64,000 nucleotides of DNA from an uncultured Spirochaetota bacterium (GCA_963835575.1 CAWIGG010000002.1:32001-96000); one strand, 5' to 3'; positions 17,896 to 28,586 are shown, counted from the stretch's first letter. Translations and numbers: made by a program. Notes: generated by a model not told the origin, from the sequence alone.

Positions 17896-18541
17896 GATCA
17901 TCCTGGCCAGCGCCTCTATCGGCCGGAAAAGGCTCTTTGAAAAATATTTTACGGAATTTACAGTCTGCGTGTCAGACTTTGATGAAAGCTCGGTTCAAAA
18001 CAGCAGTCCTTCCGAACTGACGCGGCTTCTGGCGCTTTACAAATCAGGAAGTGTTGCCGAAAAGTTTCCCTCCGATTTTGTTGTCGGCTTTGATACAGTT
18101 GTCGTGTGCGAAGGTAAAATTCTGGGGAAGCCGGCTGATTTGAATGAAGCCCGAAAAATCCTGCGTTTTCTCAGCGGAAAAAAGCAGTCCGTCCTCAGCG
18201 GCTACGCGGTGATCCTCCGCGGCAAAGGCATTGAGATTTCAGGGGTAGGGGAAACGGTGCTTCTCTTTAAAAAATTGACTGATGAATTTATAGAAAACTA
18301 TATCAGGGAGCATCCTGTCACAAAATACGCCGGCGCGTACGGCGTTCAGGACAAGGACGAGTTGATCCAGATCATAAAGGGCGGTTTTGATAATGTCATC
18401 GGCGCGCCGATGGATGAAATAATCGCGCATCTCAAAAAAGCGGGCGCTCCGGAAGGGCTTTTTAAAAAGATATATACCGGATTTTCCGCGAATGCACATA
18501 AGGATTTCATTTCACAGGAAGACACGAAGACGGGAAGATAA
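17888..18541 (+). CDS. maf: Maf-family nucleotide pyrophosphatase
   Basis: IILASAS..R, DTVV..EG.ILGKP, AGAY.VQ, NVIG.P; ATG at 17888 overlaps the end of lepA. Confidence 0.88.
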   Translation: MNRIILASASIGRKRLFEKYFTEFTVCVSDFDESSVQNSSPSELTRLLALYKSGSVAEKFPSDFVVGFDTVVVCEGKILGKPADLNEARKILRFLSGKKQSVLSGYAVILRGKGIEISGVGETVLLFKKLTDEFIENYIREHPVTKYAGAYGVQDKDELIQIIKGGFDNVIGAPMDEIIAHLKKAGAPEGLFKKIYTGFSANAHKDFISQEDTKTGR

Positions 18542-18756
18542 TATTGTCTTTCAATCCCTTATCATGCTGTTAAACATTATTAATCAAATAAATAACCTCA
18601 GGGATTGGTAAATAATATGATAATGTTTCTTCCAAATATATTTCCTATTTCTTTCAAATAATGAAATGGATGTTTATTTATATATAAACGACATAATTCA
18701 ATCAGCTTTCGCCTTATACTCTTCCCGGCTTCGTGCCTTCCTGTTAAAATTCCCAA

Positions 18757-18794
18757 ATTCGCGTCCATTCGCGTGAATTAGCGGATTATCCGTT
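18757..18794 (-). repeat. REP-like repeat (solo left-end unit AACGGATAATCCGCTAAT.CACGCGAAT)
   Basis: Matches units at 21612, 29490, 45817, 55258, 57333, 58676 and 60476. Confidence 0.75.
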
Positions 18795-18795
18795 C

Positions 18796-20181
18796 TCAAA
18801 TCCTGAATCCCGCGCCGATACCGTAGGAAACGCCGATATTCCCCTGATCCCAGTACAGGTAAAGCGTCGGTTTCAGAATGATGAATTTCCATTCGAGCTG
18901 TCCGAATATTCCGAGGTTCGGCATATAATTTTGAATGGAAGGATCTATCTGGCGCACGGGATTTTCTGGGAAATACATATTGACCCTGCCCTGAATTCCA
19001 GCTCCGATCCGGAAATCATAGTTTATATCTCCCAGGAAGTAATAGCCGGCTTCAACGTATGGGGAAATGAAATAGACAGTGCCTGTGCTCAGGGTCGAAT
19101 AGGAAGCTCCTGCTCCGACGCCGAACCAGAAATATCTTCCCCAGAATAAATCGGCCCCTAAAGTCGCGAAGCTTCTGTCCAGCGCTATCGCCTTTATATG
19201 GAAAATCCCTGAACTTTTTTCAGAAGGCGTGACATCCCTGTTCTCGCCGTCCTTGACATAAAAAGTCTGGTTTTCAACGACGCCTTCATTGGTTTCCGTA
19301 AGCTTCAGGACATGGTTCCTTCCGGCAGGCATGTTGGTAATGATATCGTTTTCATTAACGGGTTTATTATCCAGGAATAGCTGGTAATTCTTATTCCTGT
19401 CTTTATAGGCTATGCCGTTCACCTTGACCGTGGCCAGCCCGGCATAGCTGATAGTGATCGATTTATAGCTTTTTAAATTCGCCAGGGCTTCCAGAACAAA
19501 CTTCTGGTCCCAGAGACGCTTGATCTGGACTTTGTAATCATTGTCCGGAAGGATTTTCAGGTTATAATTGAAGCCGTCATTGGTTATCGGGGAGATAAGT
19601 TTTCCATTGACATAAAGCTCGTATTGGTCCCTGCCGGTTTTGAATTTTTCAAAGAATATGTTGGCGATATTCACTTCGATGTTCAGTGCGGACTTAACGC
19701 TGTCGGAGATCATTTCGTCAATTGTATCGAAGATTTCCGCTCCGGTTGAGGCGACAAGGTATTCTTTTTTCAGGATATTGGTATTGCCGTTCCTCGAATA
19801 AATTCTTAATTCCGTTTTAATGCTGGGGTTCGCGCGTGTGCCTTTGAACTGATAATCGCCGTAGATGATGATATCCGCGTTTTCTTCTTCAGCCAGCTTT
19901 GAAACATTCTTTTCATCGGCGGTTAAATTTAACATATTTGTATCATCGGGGACGTTAACGCTGGGAATGATGCCGATGAATGTATAAAACGAATGGAAAA
20001 TGATGGCGCGGACAAGGCCTGAACTCACAAACACTCTTTCATTAGACTTGTTTTTTAAAGGCAGGATCAGGACCTTCGCTTTTTTATTTGTCTCGCTTCC
20101 GCCGGTGCTGACGCTGACCTCCTGCGCAAAGGTAAATGACGCGGCTGTAATAAGTATGAAAAATACCAGAAGTCCTTTCAT
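18796..20181 (-). CDS. Exported hypothetical protein (signal peptide, beta-rich repeats, C-terminal outer-membrane-barrel-like end)
   Basis: Signal-like N-terminus MKGLLVFFILITAASFTFAQ; ends YGIGAGFRI. Confidence 0.7.
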   Translation of the reverse strand: MKGLLVFFILITAASFTFAQEVSVSTGGSETNKKAKVLILPLKNKSNERVFVSSGLVRAIIFHSFYTFIGIIPSVNVPDDTNMLNLTADEKNVSKLAEEENADIIIYGDYQFKGTRANPSIKTELRIYSRNGNTNILKKEYLVASTGAEIFDTIDEMISDSVKSALNIEVNIANIFFEKFKTGRDQYELYVNGKLISPITNDGFNYNLKILPDNDYKVQIKRLWDQKFVLEALANLKSYKSITISYAGLATVKVNGIAYKDRNKNYQLFLDNKPVNENDIITNMPAGRNHVLKLTETNEGVVENQTFYVKDGENRDVTPSEKSSGIFHIKAIALDRSFATLGADLFWGRYFWFGVGAGASYSTLSTGTVYFISPYVEAGYYFLGDINYDFRIGAGIQGRVNMYFPENPVRQIDPSIQNYMPNLGIFGQLEWKFIILKPTLYLYWDQGNIGVSYGIGAGFRI

Positions 20182-20332
20182 AAACGCCTCCGATAAAAAC
20201 AAAACAATTTTATACGGGGATCAGCGAATAAAATTCTTAATTTTTATTGACCGGAGATATCTAATTATTTATATTTTAATGTGCAGTCCTGAAAATCCAG
20301 GTTTTTGGAATTATGACTTTGTTCTGTATTTT

Positions 20333-20393
20333 GCTGTCCCTCACCATTTTGTAAGCTCCACCGGCGCAGCCTGACAAAATGGTGAGGGACAGC
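20333..20393. repeat. REP-like palindrome (20-bp stem); related copy at 46791-46840
   Basis: GCTGTCCCTCACCATTTTGT...ACAAAATGGTGAGGGACAGC. Confidence 0.7.
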
Positions 20394-20621
20394 GGCATTT
20401 TTTTAAAAAAAAAGTTTATTAAACCCGGGCACTTCCAAAAACTATAAGTTTTTTAAAGCGCCTTAAATCAATTATAAACCCTGAGAATAAAAGTTTCAAG
20501 AGTAATTTGTAATTTTCACCAAAAAAAAGTATAGTATATGAAACTTGGGAAAGAGGCTTTAATTGACCGGATTTATGGGAAAAAGTCTTATTTGCCGGAC
20601 GGAAAATTATTGGAGGAATGG

Positions 20622-21602
20622 ATGTTGACGCTTGATATAGATAAAGGAGTTCAGAAAGGGCCTGAGAAAAATCTTAATTTTGACGTGATAATTATCGGCG
20701 CCGGTCCCGCCGGACTGACCGCCGCGATTTACGCTTCGCGCGCGCTTTTGAAAACACTCGTGATTGAAAAGCTCGGTTCGGGCGGCCAGGCGGCCGTTTC
20801 CGACCTGATAGAGAATTATCCCGGCTTTCCGGACGGCATCAACGGCTTTGAGCTTTCACAGAGGATGGAACAGCAGGCCAAAAAATTCGGCGCTCTCTTT
20901 GAGAACGATGAGATAAAGTCTGTAGAAAAACCCGAGGGTTCGGATTATTTTATCATAAAGGGCGAATCGGCAGTGTACCAGGCCGGCGCCGTTCTGATTT
21001 CGACGGGGTCCAATCCGCGCCTCTTGAATGTGAAGGGCGAATCGGCCTATATGGGCAGGGGGATTTCGACCTGCGCGACATGCGACGCGGCCCTTTACAG
21101 GGAGAAGATCGTCGCAGTTGTCGGCGGCGGGGACTCGGCGATGGACGAAGGCATGTTCCTCACGCGGTTCGCGAAAAAGGTGATCATCATACACAGGCGC
21201 AACGAGCTCCGCGCGGAGAAAATACTCCGGCAGAAAGCCTTGGCAAACCCGAAAATGGAGTTTGTCTGGGACAGTGTTGTGGAAGAAGTGATGGGAGACG
21301 AGAAGATCCGCCGTGTCCTTATCAGGAATGTTAAAACAAATGAGACAAAAGAGATTGAGATCGACGGGCTTTTTATATACATCGGCCATATACCTAATAC
21401 GGCCTGGATTAAAGTGGAAAAAGACCCGGAAGGCTATATCATCACCGATGAAATGATGAAGACAAACATACCGGGAATTTTCGCGGCCGGCGACTGCCGT
21501 AAAACGCCCCTCAGGCAGATTTCAACCGCAATCAGGGACGGGGCCATAGCGGGCTGTATGGCGGAAAAGTACCTTGAAGATATAAAGTGCAAAGAAAAAT
21601 AA
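20622..21602 (+). CDS. trxB: Thioredoxin reductase
   Basis: IIGAGPAGLTAAIY, CATCD, VVGGGDSA, GIFAAGD; GGAGG SD before ATG 20622. Confidence 0.93.
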   Translation: MLTLDIDKGVQKGPEKNLNFDVIIIGAGPAGLTAAIYASRALLKTLVIEKLGSGGQAAVSDLIENYPGFPDGINGFELSQRMEQQAKKFGALFENDEIKSVEKPEGSDYFIIKGESAVYQAGAVLISTGSNPRLLNVKGESAYMGRGISTCATCDAALYREKIVAVVGGGDSAMDEGMFLTRFAKKVIIIHRRNELRAEKILRQKALANPKMEFVWDSVVEEVMGDEKIRRVLIRNVKTNETKEIEIDGLFIYIGHIPNTAWIKVEKDPEGYIITDEMMKTNIPGIFAAGDCRKTPLRQISTAIRDGAIAGCMAEKYLEDIKCKEK

Positions 21603-21611
21603 TACAATTCC

Positions 21612-21856
21612 GGGTAATCCGCTAATGCACGCGAATGAAGTGGATTTTTTTTAGAAAAAGCCGTCATTGCGAGGGAAGGGATATCTGCTGTGCCGGAAGG
21701 CATTGCCCGAACCCCCGATTAGATCGGGGGCTGTCGGGACAAGAAGATTACTTTATGTACAGACAGATTGCTTCGCGCTAAAGTCAGTGGCGAAGGACAA
21801 AGCATAGTGCTCGCAAAGACGCTTTTCTGCGCATATTTGCGTGGCTTAGCGGAAGA
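21612..21856. repeat. Composite REP element; homologous to 60476-60657
   Basis: Outer ATCCGCTAATGCACGCGAAT / TTTGCGTGGCTTAGCGGAAGA; inner GTCATTGCGAG / CTCGCAAAGAC. Confidence 0.85.
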
Positions 21857-21899
21857 CCTGCTGATCCTGTGTAATTGGATTCAACAAATCAAGAGAATT

Positions 21900-22487
21900 T
21901 TATTTCACAATTCCGAGAAAGCCGTACATAGCCAGGGCCATCAGCGCCGCGGAGATGAAGGCGATCGGCAGGTCCTGAAAGGCCTTCGGAACTTTGGCGC
22001 GCGCGAGCCTTTCGCGCACGCCGGCCATCATCACAAGGGCCAGCGTAAAGCCCACGCCCGCGGCGAATGAAAACACGACGCTCTGGATAAAATCATATCT
22101 TTCGCGGATGACGATAAACGCGGCGCCGAGGATGGCGCAATTGGTCGTGATCAGCGGCAGGTATATCCCCAGCGAATGATAAAGGGCCGGAGTCAGTTTT
22201 TTCATAACGCTTTCCACAAGCTGGACGAACGCGGCGATCACAAAAATGAAAACGATGATCTGCAGGAATTTATCCAGTTTCCATGGGACAAGGAGATAAT
22301 AATTGACCGGGTAGATAGCGATAGTGGACATCGTCATGACAAAGATCACGGCAAAACCCATGCCGAGGGCGGAATCGAGCTTTTTCGAAACGCCGAAAAA
22401 CGGGCATAAACCCAGGAAGCGTGAAAAAATGAAGTTATTGATAAAAATGGCGCTGAACATGATCACCATCAGTTTTCCTAAGTCCAT
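21900..22487 (-). CDS. rnfA: Rnf complex subunit A
   Basis: NNFIFSRFLGLCPFFGVS, LGIYLPLITTNCAILG. Confidence 0.93.
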   Translation of the reverse strand: MDLGKLMVIMFSAIFINNFIFSRFLGLCPFFGVSKKLDSALGMGFAVIFVMTMSTIAIYPVNYYLLVPWKLDKFLQIIVFIFVIAAFVQLVESVMKKLTPALYHSLGIYLPLITTNCAILGAAFIVIRERYDFIQSVVFSFAAGVGFTLALVMMAGVRERLARAKVPKAFQDLPIAFISAALMALAMYGFLGIVK

Positions 22488-22519
22488 ATCTGCCTCCGGT
22501 AATTTTTAATTATGAATGA

Positions 22520-23986
22520 TCAAGCCTTTTTTCTACGGATAAAATACACACCAGTCAAAGCGATAAAGCCTGCCGCGCAGAGCCATGCGAAAAGATCGCC
22601 TGTATAAGAGTAGATTGTCCTGACGCCTTTTGTGGGCAGGTCGGCGATCATGATACTATATCCGTTTTTATAATCGCTTTTTGCCGCCTGAACCCGGCCC
22701 AGGTAGTCAGCCGCGATGGATAATCCGCTTCCAGCCGCCCGGAACATGGAAAAGCCGTTCTCCACAGCCCTGAAGACCGACATATACGAGTGAAAAGGGG
22801 TAATCTCATCCCAGTCTAAGGAAGGAATGAGGAAGATATCAGTCCGGTTTCTGCCGGCCTGCTGAATATATTGCGGAAAATCGTTATCATAACAGATGGC
22901 GGAGGAAAGCTTTCCATACGGCGTTTGAAGGTAAGGAATAACGGCGGCTCCCGGAGTAAACCTGAATGATTCGACCCCCACGAGAAGATAATGCTTGATG
23001 TATTCCCATCGCATAACACCCTCAGGGTCGAAGAGGTAAGTTTTATTCTGCGCCCTGCCGCTTAAATCTTTCTGATAGACGGAAGCCGTGACGGAAAGAT
23101 AGACTTTATTTTTGAGCGCGGCTTGACTGCAGTCTTTCAATAAAGCCGCTTCTTCATCATGGGAAATGAGAAATCCGTATTCCTGCCATACAATGATTTT
23201 AGCTCCGCTGGATGCCGCGATGGATGTCAGATCATTCAATTTCTTCATGGCCTCTTCAGGGGAGATGAAATTTTTATACTTGTAAACGTTTTTAAATTCC
23301 TCATTTCTGCTTATTTCTGTAACGGAGGCAAGCCGGATGGTTTCTGACTTCGGCTGTGAAAATACGATCCTTGTTCCGCCGTAAAGAAGGACGAGAATTA
23401 ATATTGTGGAAAAAAGCACGGCAGTCTTTTTTATTTTCTGCATGGAAAAACCGTTTTCCCAGGCCAGGTTGACAACCGGGGCGAACCAGGCTATCAGGAA
23501 AGAGAGGCCCCATATTCCTGTTACGGAAACAATCTGGATGAGAGCCATGCTGCCGTATTGGGAGTAGGCCAGGGATCCGATACTGGCCGAACCGGGAATG
23601 AAAGATTGAATGAACTCCTTGGTTGTCCAAAACAATGGAAATGCAAGCGTGGAGAGAAGTCCTTTCAAGCGCTTTGAGAAAATCCAGTCGATATAATATA
23701 CCAGAAAATTGGCCAGGCTTAGAGAGACTATCATGAAAATACTGATAAAGAGAGGGATCATTTTCAACATGGGACTAAGCATGATATAATCCGCCGCCAG
23801 AATAGCGATACCGCCGGCAAGTATACCGGGGAATGATTTCTCTGACCGCATAAAGCGCAGGATAAAAACAGGGGCAAGCCATGCCGCCGCGGGTATTGCA
23901 AGGTTAAAGTTAGAAAAGATCATCAGCACAATACCGGCCAGGAGATAAAGATAATTCTTTAATAAATCCGCGGTTTTTGCAGTCAT
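22520..23986 (-). CDS. Apolipoprotein N-acyltransferase-like membrane nitrilase-family protein
   Basis: N-terminal TM helices, LAYSQ and IQIVSVTGIWGLSF; E-K-C triad (WQEY, YIKH, ICYD); RAVENG. Confidence 0.75.
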   Translation of the reverse strand: MTAKTADLLKNYLYLLAGIVLMIFSNFNLAIPAAAWLAPVFILRFMRSEKSFPGILAGGIAILAADYIMLSPMLKMIPLFISIFMIVSLSLANFLVYYIDWIFSKRLKGLLSTLAFPLFWTTKEFIQSFIPGSASIGSLAYSQYGSMALIQIVSVTGIWGLSFLIAWFAPVVNLAWENGFSMQKIKKTAVLFSTILILVLLYGGTRIVFSQPKSETIRLASVTEISRNEEFKNVYKYKNFISPEEAMKKLNDLTSIAASSGAKIIVWQEYGFLISHDEEAALLKDCSQAALKNKVYLSVTASVYQKDLSGRAQNKTYLFDPEGVMRWEYIKHYLLVGVESFRFTPGAAVIPYLQTPYGKLSSAICYDNDFPQYIQQAGRNRTDIFLIPSLDWDEITPFHSYMSVFRAVENGFSMFRAAGSGLSIAADYLGRVQAAKSDYKNGYSIMIADLPTKGVRTIYSYTGDLFAWLCAAGFIALTGVYFIRRKKA

Positions 23987-24041
23987 TTTATAATCCTCAT
24001 TTACAATTTATTCTTTTATCTGATCAATAATGCCGGGGCTT

Positions 24042-24755
24042 TTATTCCGCTGTTTTTTTCTCCTCAAGGGCCCGCATTTTGATTTTACTTTCCTTTTCCC
24101 GGCGCTTGATTTTCAAGCGCTGTAAGAAAGCGAGCAGAAGCCCCATAACGATAAAACCGCCGGGCGGCATCATCATGACGACTGCCGATTTCGGCAGAAT
24201 GTTCTGCCGGCTTAAATCGGGCAGTGCCTGCCGGATATACGCGCCTATGTCGAATACAGGGCCTACGCCCGCCAGCCGCAGGGTGATTGTTCCATTCCCG
24301 GCCACTTCACGGATCGCTCCGATAAGCGTGAGGGCCAGCGTAAAGCCGATCCCCATCCCGATACCGTCCAGTACGGAGTCCATAATGGTGTTTTTTGCGG
24401 CGAACGCCTCGGCGCGTCCGAGGATGATGCAGTTAACGACGATCAGGGGAATGAAGATACCGAGCGCCCTGTTCAGATCCGGTGTGAACGCCTCCATAAA
24501 AATCTGAACGATTGTGACGAATGAGGCTATCACGATTATATAGCAGGGTATCCGCACTTCATTCGGGATAAAATTTCTTAAAAGCGATATAAAGAGATTT
24601 GAAAAAGTCAGGACGAAAATAACGGCCAGGCCCATGCCCAGGCCGTTGATCGTCAGGTTTGTTACCGCAAGGGTGGGGCAGAGCCCGAGCACGATCACGA
24701 ATATGGGATTTTCCTTGAAAATGCCTTTTGTCAATTCTTTCCAATTTATTTTCAT
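24042..24755 (-). CDS. rnfE: Rnf complex subunit E
   Basis: ENPIFVIVLGLCPTLAVT, LGIFIPLIVVNCIILGRAEAFA. Confidence 0.93.
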   Translation of the reverse strand: MKINWKELTKGIFKENPIFVIVLGLCPTLAVTNLTINGLGMGLAVIFVLTFSNLFISLLRNFIPNEVRIPCYIIVIASFVTIVQIFMEAFTPDLNRALGIFIPLIVVNCIILGRAEAFAAKNTIMDSVLDGIGMGIGFTLALTLIGAIREVAGNGTITLRLAGVGPVFDIGAYIRQALPDLSRQNILPKSAVVMMMPPGGFIVMGLLLAFLQRLKIKRREKESKIKMRALEEKKTAE

Positions 24756-25351
24756 CGCGGCTTCTCCTCTACTGAGGCTGATGTATCCGCGTCCGTATTC
24801 GAGAGTTCCGTATGATTGATGATGCTGTTGTACAGCGCGAAGGATTTGCGGATGTCATTCGCCACGGCCATGGATGTGAGCGTCGCGCCGGTTATAGCGT
24901 CCAGGCCTTTATTTTTAAAATCCTCTTTTGACGCCGGGATCCCGCCTGCCGTCAGGCCTTTGAATTGCTTGAGCCATGAATCTTCTTTTGTCTTTGTTCC
25001 CAGTCCCGGTGTTTCGGCCGGCATGCTGAGAATAAAAACGGAGTCGACCGCGCCGTTGGTGATGCCGGTGAGGGTTTCGATCATCCCGCCGTAACCCAAA
25101 CTTCTTTCCTTAAAAATATAGCCGGCCATATTGCGCGACGCGTCATACGCCACGTAGTATTCTCTGCCGGAATTTGTCAGGAGGACAAAACTGGTGGCCG
25201 GTCCGATCGCGTTGGTAAGGGCGTTCTTTTCATCCTTCATCCGGACTTCCGCCAGCTTATTTTCAAGCAGCTGGTAGGTAAGCCCCATGGCCAGGCCGGC
25301 GCAGGTCGCGATAACGACCAGAGGATATATGATTTTAAAAAAATATTTCAT
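24752..25351 (-). CDS. rnfG: Rnf complex subunit G
   Basis: GYGG, ETPGLG, FMN site DAITGATLTS. Confidence 0.92.
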   Translation of the reverse strand: MKYFFKIIYPLVVIATCAGLAMGLTYQLLENKLAEVRMKDEKNALTNAIGPATSFVLLTNSGREYYVAYDASRNMAGYIFKERSLGYGGMIETLTGITNGAVDSVFILSMPAETPGLGTKTKEDSWLKQFKGLTAGGIPASKEDFKNKGLDAITGATLTSMAVANDIRKSFALYNSIINHTELSNTDADTSASVEEKPR

Positions 25352-26407
25352 GCCCCGGCCCCCGGATTTCTCGTTTTACTATACCCGTAAATCCTGTCTT
25401 TGACATAACGGTCGATCAGCGGGACAAATATATTCATAAAGACAATGGCGTAACTGACGCCCTCGGGATAACCGCCCCATAAGCGGATGATGACGGTCAA
25501 TACTCCCAGGCAGACGGCGAAAATGATCTTGCCCTTAAGCCCGATGGGAGATGTGACATAGTCTGTTGCCATAAAGCAGGCGCCCAGAAAAAGCCCGCCG
25601 GATAGTATATGATAAAGCGCGTTGCCTGTAAAAAGCCCGGTGCCCAGCGGAAGACCGCCGAATACCCATGCGAGGAGGGCGGCCGTCCCGATATAAATGA
25701 CCGGTATGACAGGAACGATGACGCCTCTCACAACCAGATAAATTAATCCGATCAGGATGGCCAGTTTTGATGTTTCGCCGATGCATCCGGGAATATCGCC
25801 TATAAAGAGGTTCCAGTAATTATCGAATTTCATGGAATGGACAGCCTGCCATCCGCCGGTCTTTAATGTATTCAGCGGCGAAGCTGTGCTGACGGCGTCC
25901 AGGATTTTCTGTGAAGCTGTTGCGAAGTTAAACCATGGATTCACGATCCCGCGTATGGTGGGCGACCAGTTCCCGACCATCACATTGGTCCACGCGGCCA
26001 GGACGAAAATACGCCCGCCAAGGGCGGGGTTCATAAAGTTATAGCCCAGACCTCCGAAGGCCCATTTCACTATCGCGATGGAAAAAGCGCTGCCGGCGGC
26101 TACGACATACCAGGGGCAGGACGGCGGCATATTATAGGCGAATAAAAGCGATGTGATGACGGCGCTGCCGTTCAGGATCGTGATACCGCTTCTGGTGAAT
26201 AAGTTCATCAGGAGCTCGGTTAAAACTCCCGTAATGAGGCTTATAGCCATGATATTAATAGCGTTCATGCCCGAAGAAATAAACCGCGGCAAGACCCGAT
26301 GGAATAAGCGCTATGACCACGTCCCACATGATCTTTTCGATACTCTTCGGGCCATGAATATGCGGTGAAAAAAGAACTGAGCCGGCCTTGCCTTGCGCCC
26401 TGGCCAT
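25348..26407 (-). pseudogene. rnfD: Rnf complex subunit D, split by a +1 frameshift at ~26270 (true mutation or sequencing error)
   Basis: N-terminus MARAQ...SPHIH...IMWDVVIALIP...VYFFG is in one frame; MNAINIMA...FGGLGYNFMNPA...STASPL...GCIGETS is in the next. TTCTTCGGGCATG has one extra G. Confidence 0.85.
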
Positions 26408-26422
26408 CAAACACCTCCAAGA

Positions 26423-26540
26423 CACCGTTGCAATCAATATAGAGCAACTTTTTTGTGCGGAACCCGGCTGTGACTCCCGAAAGTCTATCTTTGCCGGGGG
26501 AAGAGCACAAAAATTAGTTGCTCTTTGATTGCAACGGTGT
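26423..26540. repeat. ~120-bp palindromic MITE/REP-like element between rnfC and rnfD
   Basis: ACACCGTTGCAATCAA..AGAGCAACT..TTTGTGC / GCACAAAA..AGTTGCTCT TTGATTGCAACGGTGT. Confidence 0.75.
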
Positions 26541-26576
26541 TTCAATTAATTTATTACAATTCTATCCAAACTAGTG

Positions 26577-27917
26577 TTAAGTCAGATTCTTGCCTTGTTT
26601 CCTCTTCCAGAATTCCTTTCCGTAGCGGATCAGCCCGACGATCGGAATGGATGACGGACAGACATAAGCGCAGCAGCCGCATTCGATGCAGTCCAGAAGC
26701 CCCATTTCATTAACGGCCTCTTCCACCAGCAATTGGTCGCAGAGCTTGGCGAGTTCCGTCGGCTGAAGCTTTATCGGGCAGACAAAGAGGCAGTATGAAC
26801 AGCGGATGCATGTTTTATTTTTGACTTTATAATCCTTTGCTTTTGGAATGATAATCAAGCCGGTCGTCCCTTTGATGACAGGCATGTTCAAGTCAGCGAC
26901 TTCTGTGCCCATCATCAGGCCTCCGGCCGCCATTGCCCCGAATTTATCAGGAATTCCGAATTCCTCGATGATATGGGTAATAGGAGTACCGATCTTGACT
27001 TTATAATTACCGCGGTTTTTTAAATTATCGCCCGTATAGGTGATGCCGCGTTCGATCAACGGCTTATGATAGACAACGGCCTCGTAAACAGCGAAAACAG
27101 TCGAGACGTTTTCCACCAGGACGCCGATATCGATGGGAAGCCCTTTTGACGGCACTTCCTTTTCCAGCAGGGCTTCTATCAGCTGTTTCTCACCGCCCTG
27201 GGGATATTTTGACCGCACAACTTCCACGCGGACGGACGGATCGCCGGCAAGCTTTCCGGCGAATAATTCCGCGGCGTCCAGTTTATTGTCCTCAATAGCG
27301 ATAATGACTTCTTTGACCGGCAGTATTTTCATGACAATGCGGGCCCCTTCCAGGATTTCGTCGGTTTTATCCAGCATCATCCTGTGGTCGATTGTCAGGT
27401 ACGGCTCGCATTCGGCGCCGTTAATAATCAGGGTGTTTATTTTTTTATCCGGGGGAGGCGAAAGTTTGACATGGGTCGGGAAACAGGCCCCGCCGAGGCC
27501 CACGACGCCCGCCTTTTTAATTTCCTGAATCAGCTGTTCGGGAGATAAACCGGAATAGGGGAATTTTTTTTCATACCAGTTTTTGATGGTGCCGCCCGTT
27601 TCAATTGTGACGATGTCAACATTCCTGGCGGTAAAGGTGTTTCCCTTTTCCACGGAAACTACTTTTCCTGAAACGCTGGCATGGATATTGGCTGAAATAA
27701 ACCCGGAGGCCTCGCCGATCAGCTGGCCTTCTTCCACAACCTGGCCCGCCTTAACAAGCGTCTTTGCCGGGGCGCCGGTGTGCTGGGACATCGGAATCCT
27801 GACCAGCCTCGGCATATGGGATTTGATGATGGGCTCCGCCGCGGTCAGCTTGGCTTCGTCGGGACGGACCCCGCCGGAAGCGAAGGATTTTTTTTTAAAT
27901 TCCATTGAAAACCCCAT
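26577..27917 (-). CDS. rnfC: Rnf complex subunit C
   Basis: QHTGAPA, AGVVGLGGACFPTHVK, NGAECEPY, YPQGGEKQLI and two 4Fe-4S motifs. Confidence 0.95.
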   Translation of the reverse strand: MGFSMEFKKKSFASGGVRPDEAKLTAAEPIIKSHMPRLVRIPMSQHTGAPAKTLVKAGQVVEEGQLIGEASGFISANIHASVSGKVVSVEKGNTFTARNVDIVTIETGGTIKNWYEKKFPYSGLSPEQLIQEIKKAGVVGLGGACFPTHVKLSPPPDKKINTLIINGAECEPYLTIDHRMMLDKTDEILEGARIVMKILPVKEVIIAIEDNKLDAAELFAGKLAGDPSVRVEVVRSKYPQGGEKQLIEALLEKEVPSKGLPIDIGVLVENVSTVFAVYEAVVYHKPLIERGITYTGDNLKNRGNYKVKIGTPITHIIEEFGIPDKFGAMAAGGLMMGTEVADLNMPVIKGTTGLIIIPKAKDYKVKNKTCIRCSYCLFVCPIKLQPTELAKLCDQLLVEEAVNEMGLLDCIECGCCAYVCPSSIPIVGLIRYGKEFWKRKQGKNLT

Positions 27918-28154
27918 AGGATGCGGATTGGATCATGTTGATTTTTTTATCCCTTATGTTAGTTTAAAAAAACCATTTAGTCAATTAATAGGAATGACAC
28001 ACATTCAAACAACATTCAAAGTAATAAATTGACAAAAAGCGCTTCGCTCTTTAAAATTTTTATCCTGTTTAATGCCAATACGAGTGTTTTTTAGCAACAG
28101 CTTATTAATAGGCAATTACTTATGCTTTAAATAAAAAAAAACGCTCATTTAAAT

Positions 28155-28227
28155 GCCACTTTAGCTCAATTGGTAGAGCAGCTGATTTGTAATCAGCAGG
28201 TTGTGGGTTCAAGTCCCACAGGTGGCT
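28155..28227 (+). tRNA. tRNA-Thr (TGT)
   Basis: Cloverleaf with anticodon arm CTGAT-TTGTAA-TCAG and T-arm GGTTCAAGTCC; upstream TTGACA-N17-TAAAAT promoter at 28029. Confidence 0.95.
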
Positions 28228-28277
28228 GATTTTTGACAGAGTATAGAAAATAAGATAGAATACTTTCACTTAAAATT

Positions 28278-28350
<73 letters not shown>

Positions 28351-28360
28351 TTTTAATTAA

Positions 28361-28397
28361 GAATATTTCCAAAAACCTTTGGTTTTTGGAAATATTC
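28361..28397. repeat. 17-bp perfect palindrome (terminator or TTCCAAAAAC-type mini-repeat)
   Basis: GAATATTTCCAAAAACC TTT GGTTTTTGGAAATATTC; relatives near 20427 and 57405-57586. Confidence 0.65.
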
Positions 28398-28487
28398 CGA
28401 TTATAATGATTTTTGTATATTTAAATGCGCTGCTGCGGGGAGTTCGCAACCTGTAGTGTTCCTCGACAGGCTTGGTTGGTGAGCTTG

Positions 28488-28586
28488 CAGACTGTGTGAA
28501 AACTATTTTTCGCCACGTATTTATTGAAGTTACGGAACGAAAAATATAGAATTACGATGCAAAACACCGATTTTTCACACAGTCTG
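28488..28586. mobile_element. 99-bp MITE, copy 1 (TSD TTG)
   Basis: TIR CAGACTGTGTGAAAA / TTTTCACACAGTCTG; near-identical to 40658-40756. Confidence 0.9.

Noticed and set aside
16063..17901. Long antisense ORFs (321 and 277 aa) opposite lepA, and similar ones opposite secA, rnf, lar and the caspase gene
   Set aside because: Shadow frames produced by GC3 codon bias of well-identified genes.
21768..22070. Repeated peptide LRAKVSGEGQSIVLAKTLFC (also in ORF 60489-60740)
   Set aside because: Translation of a non-coding repeat, not a gene family.
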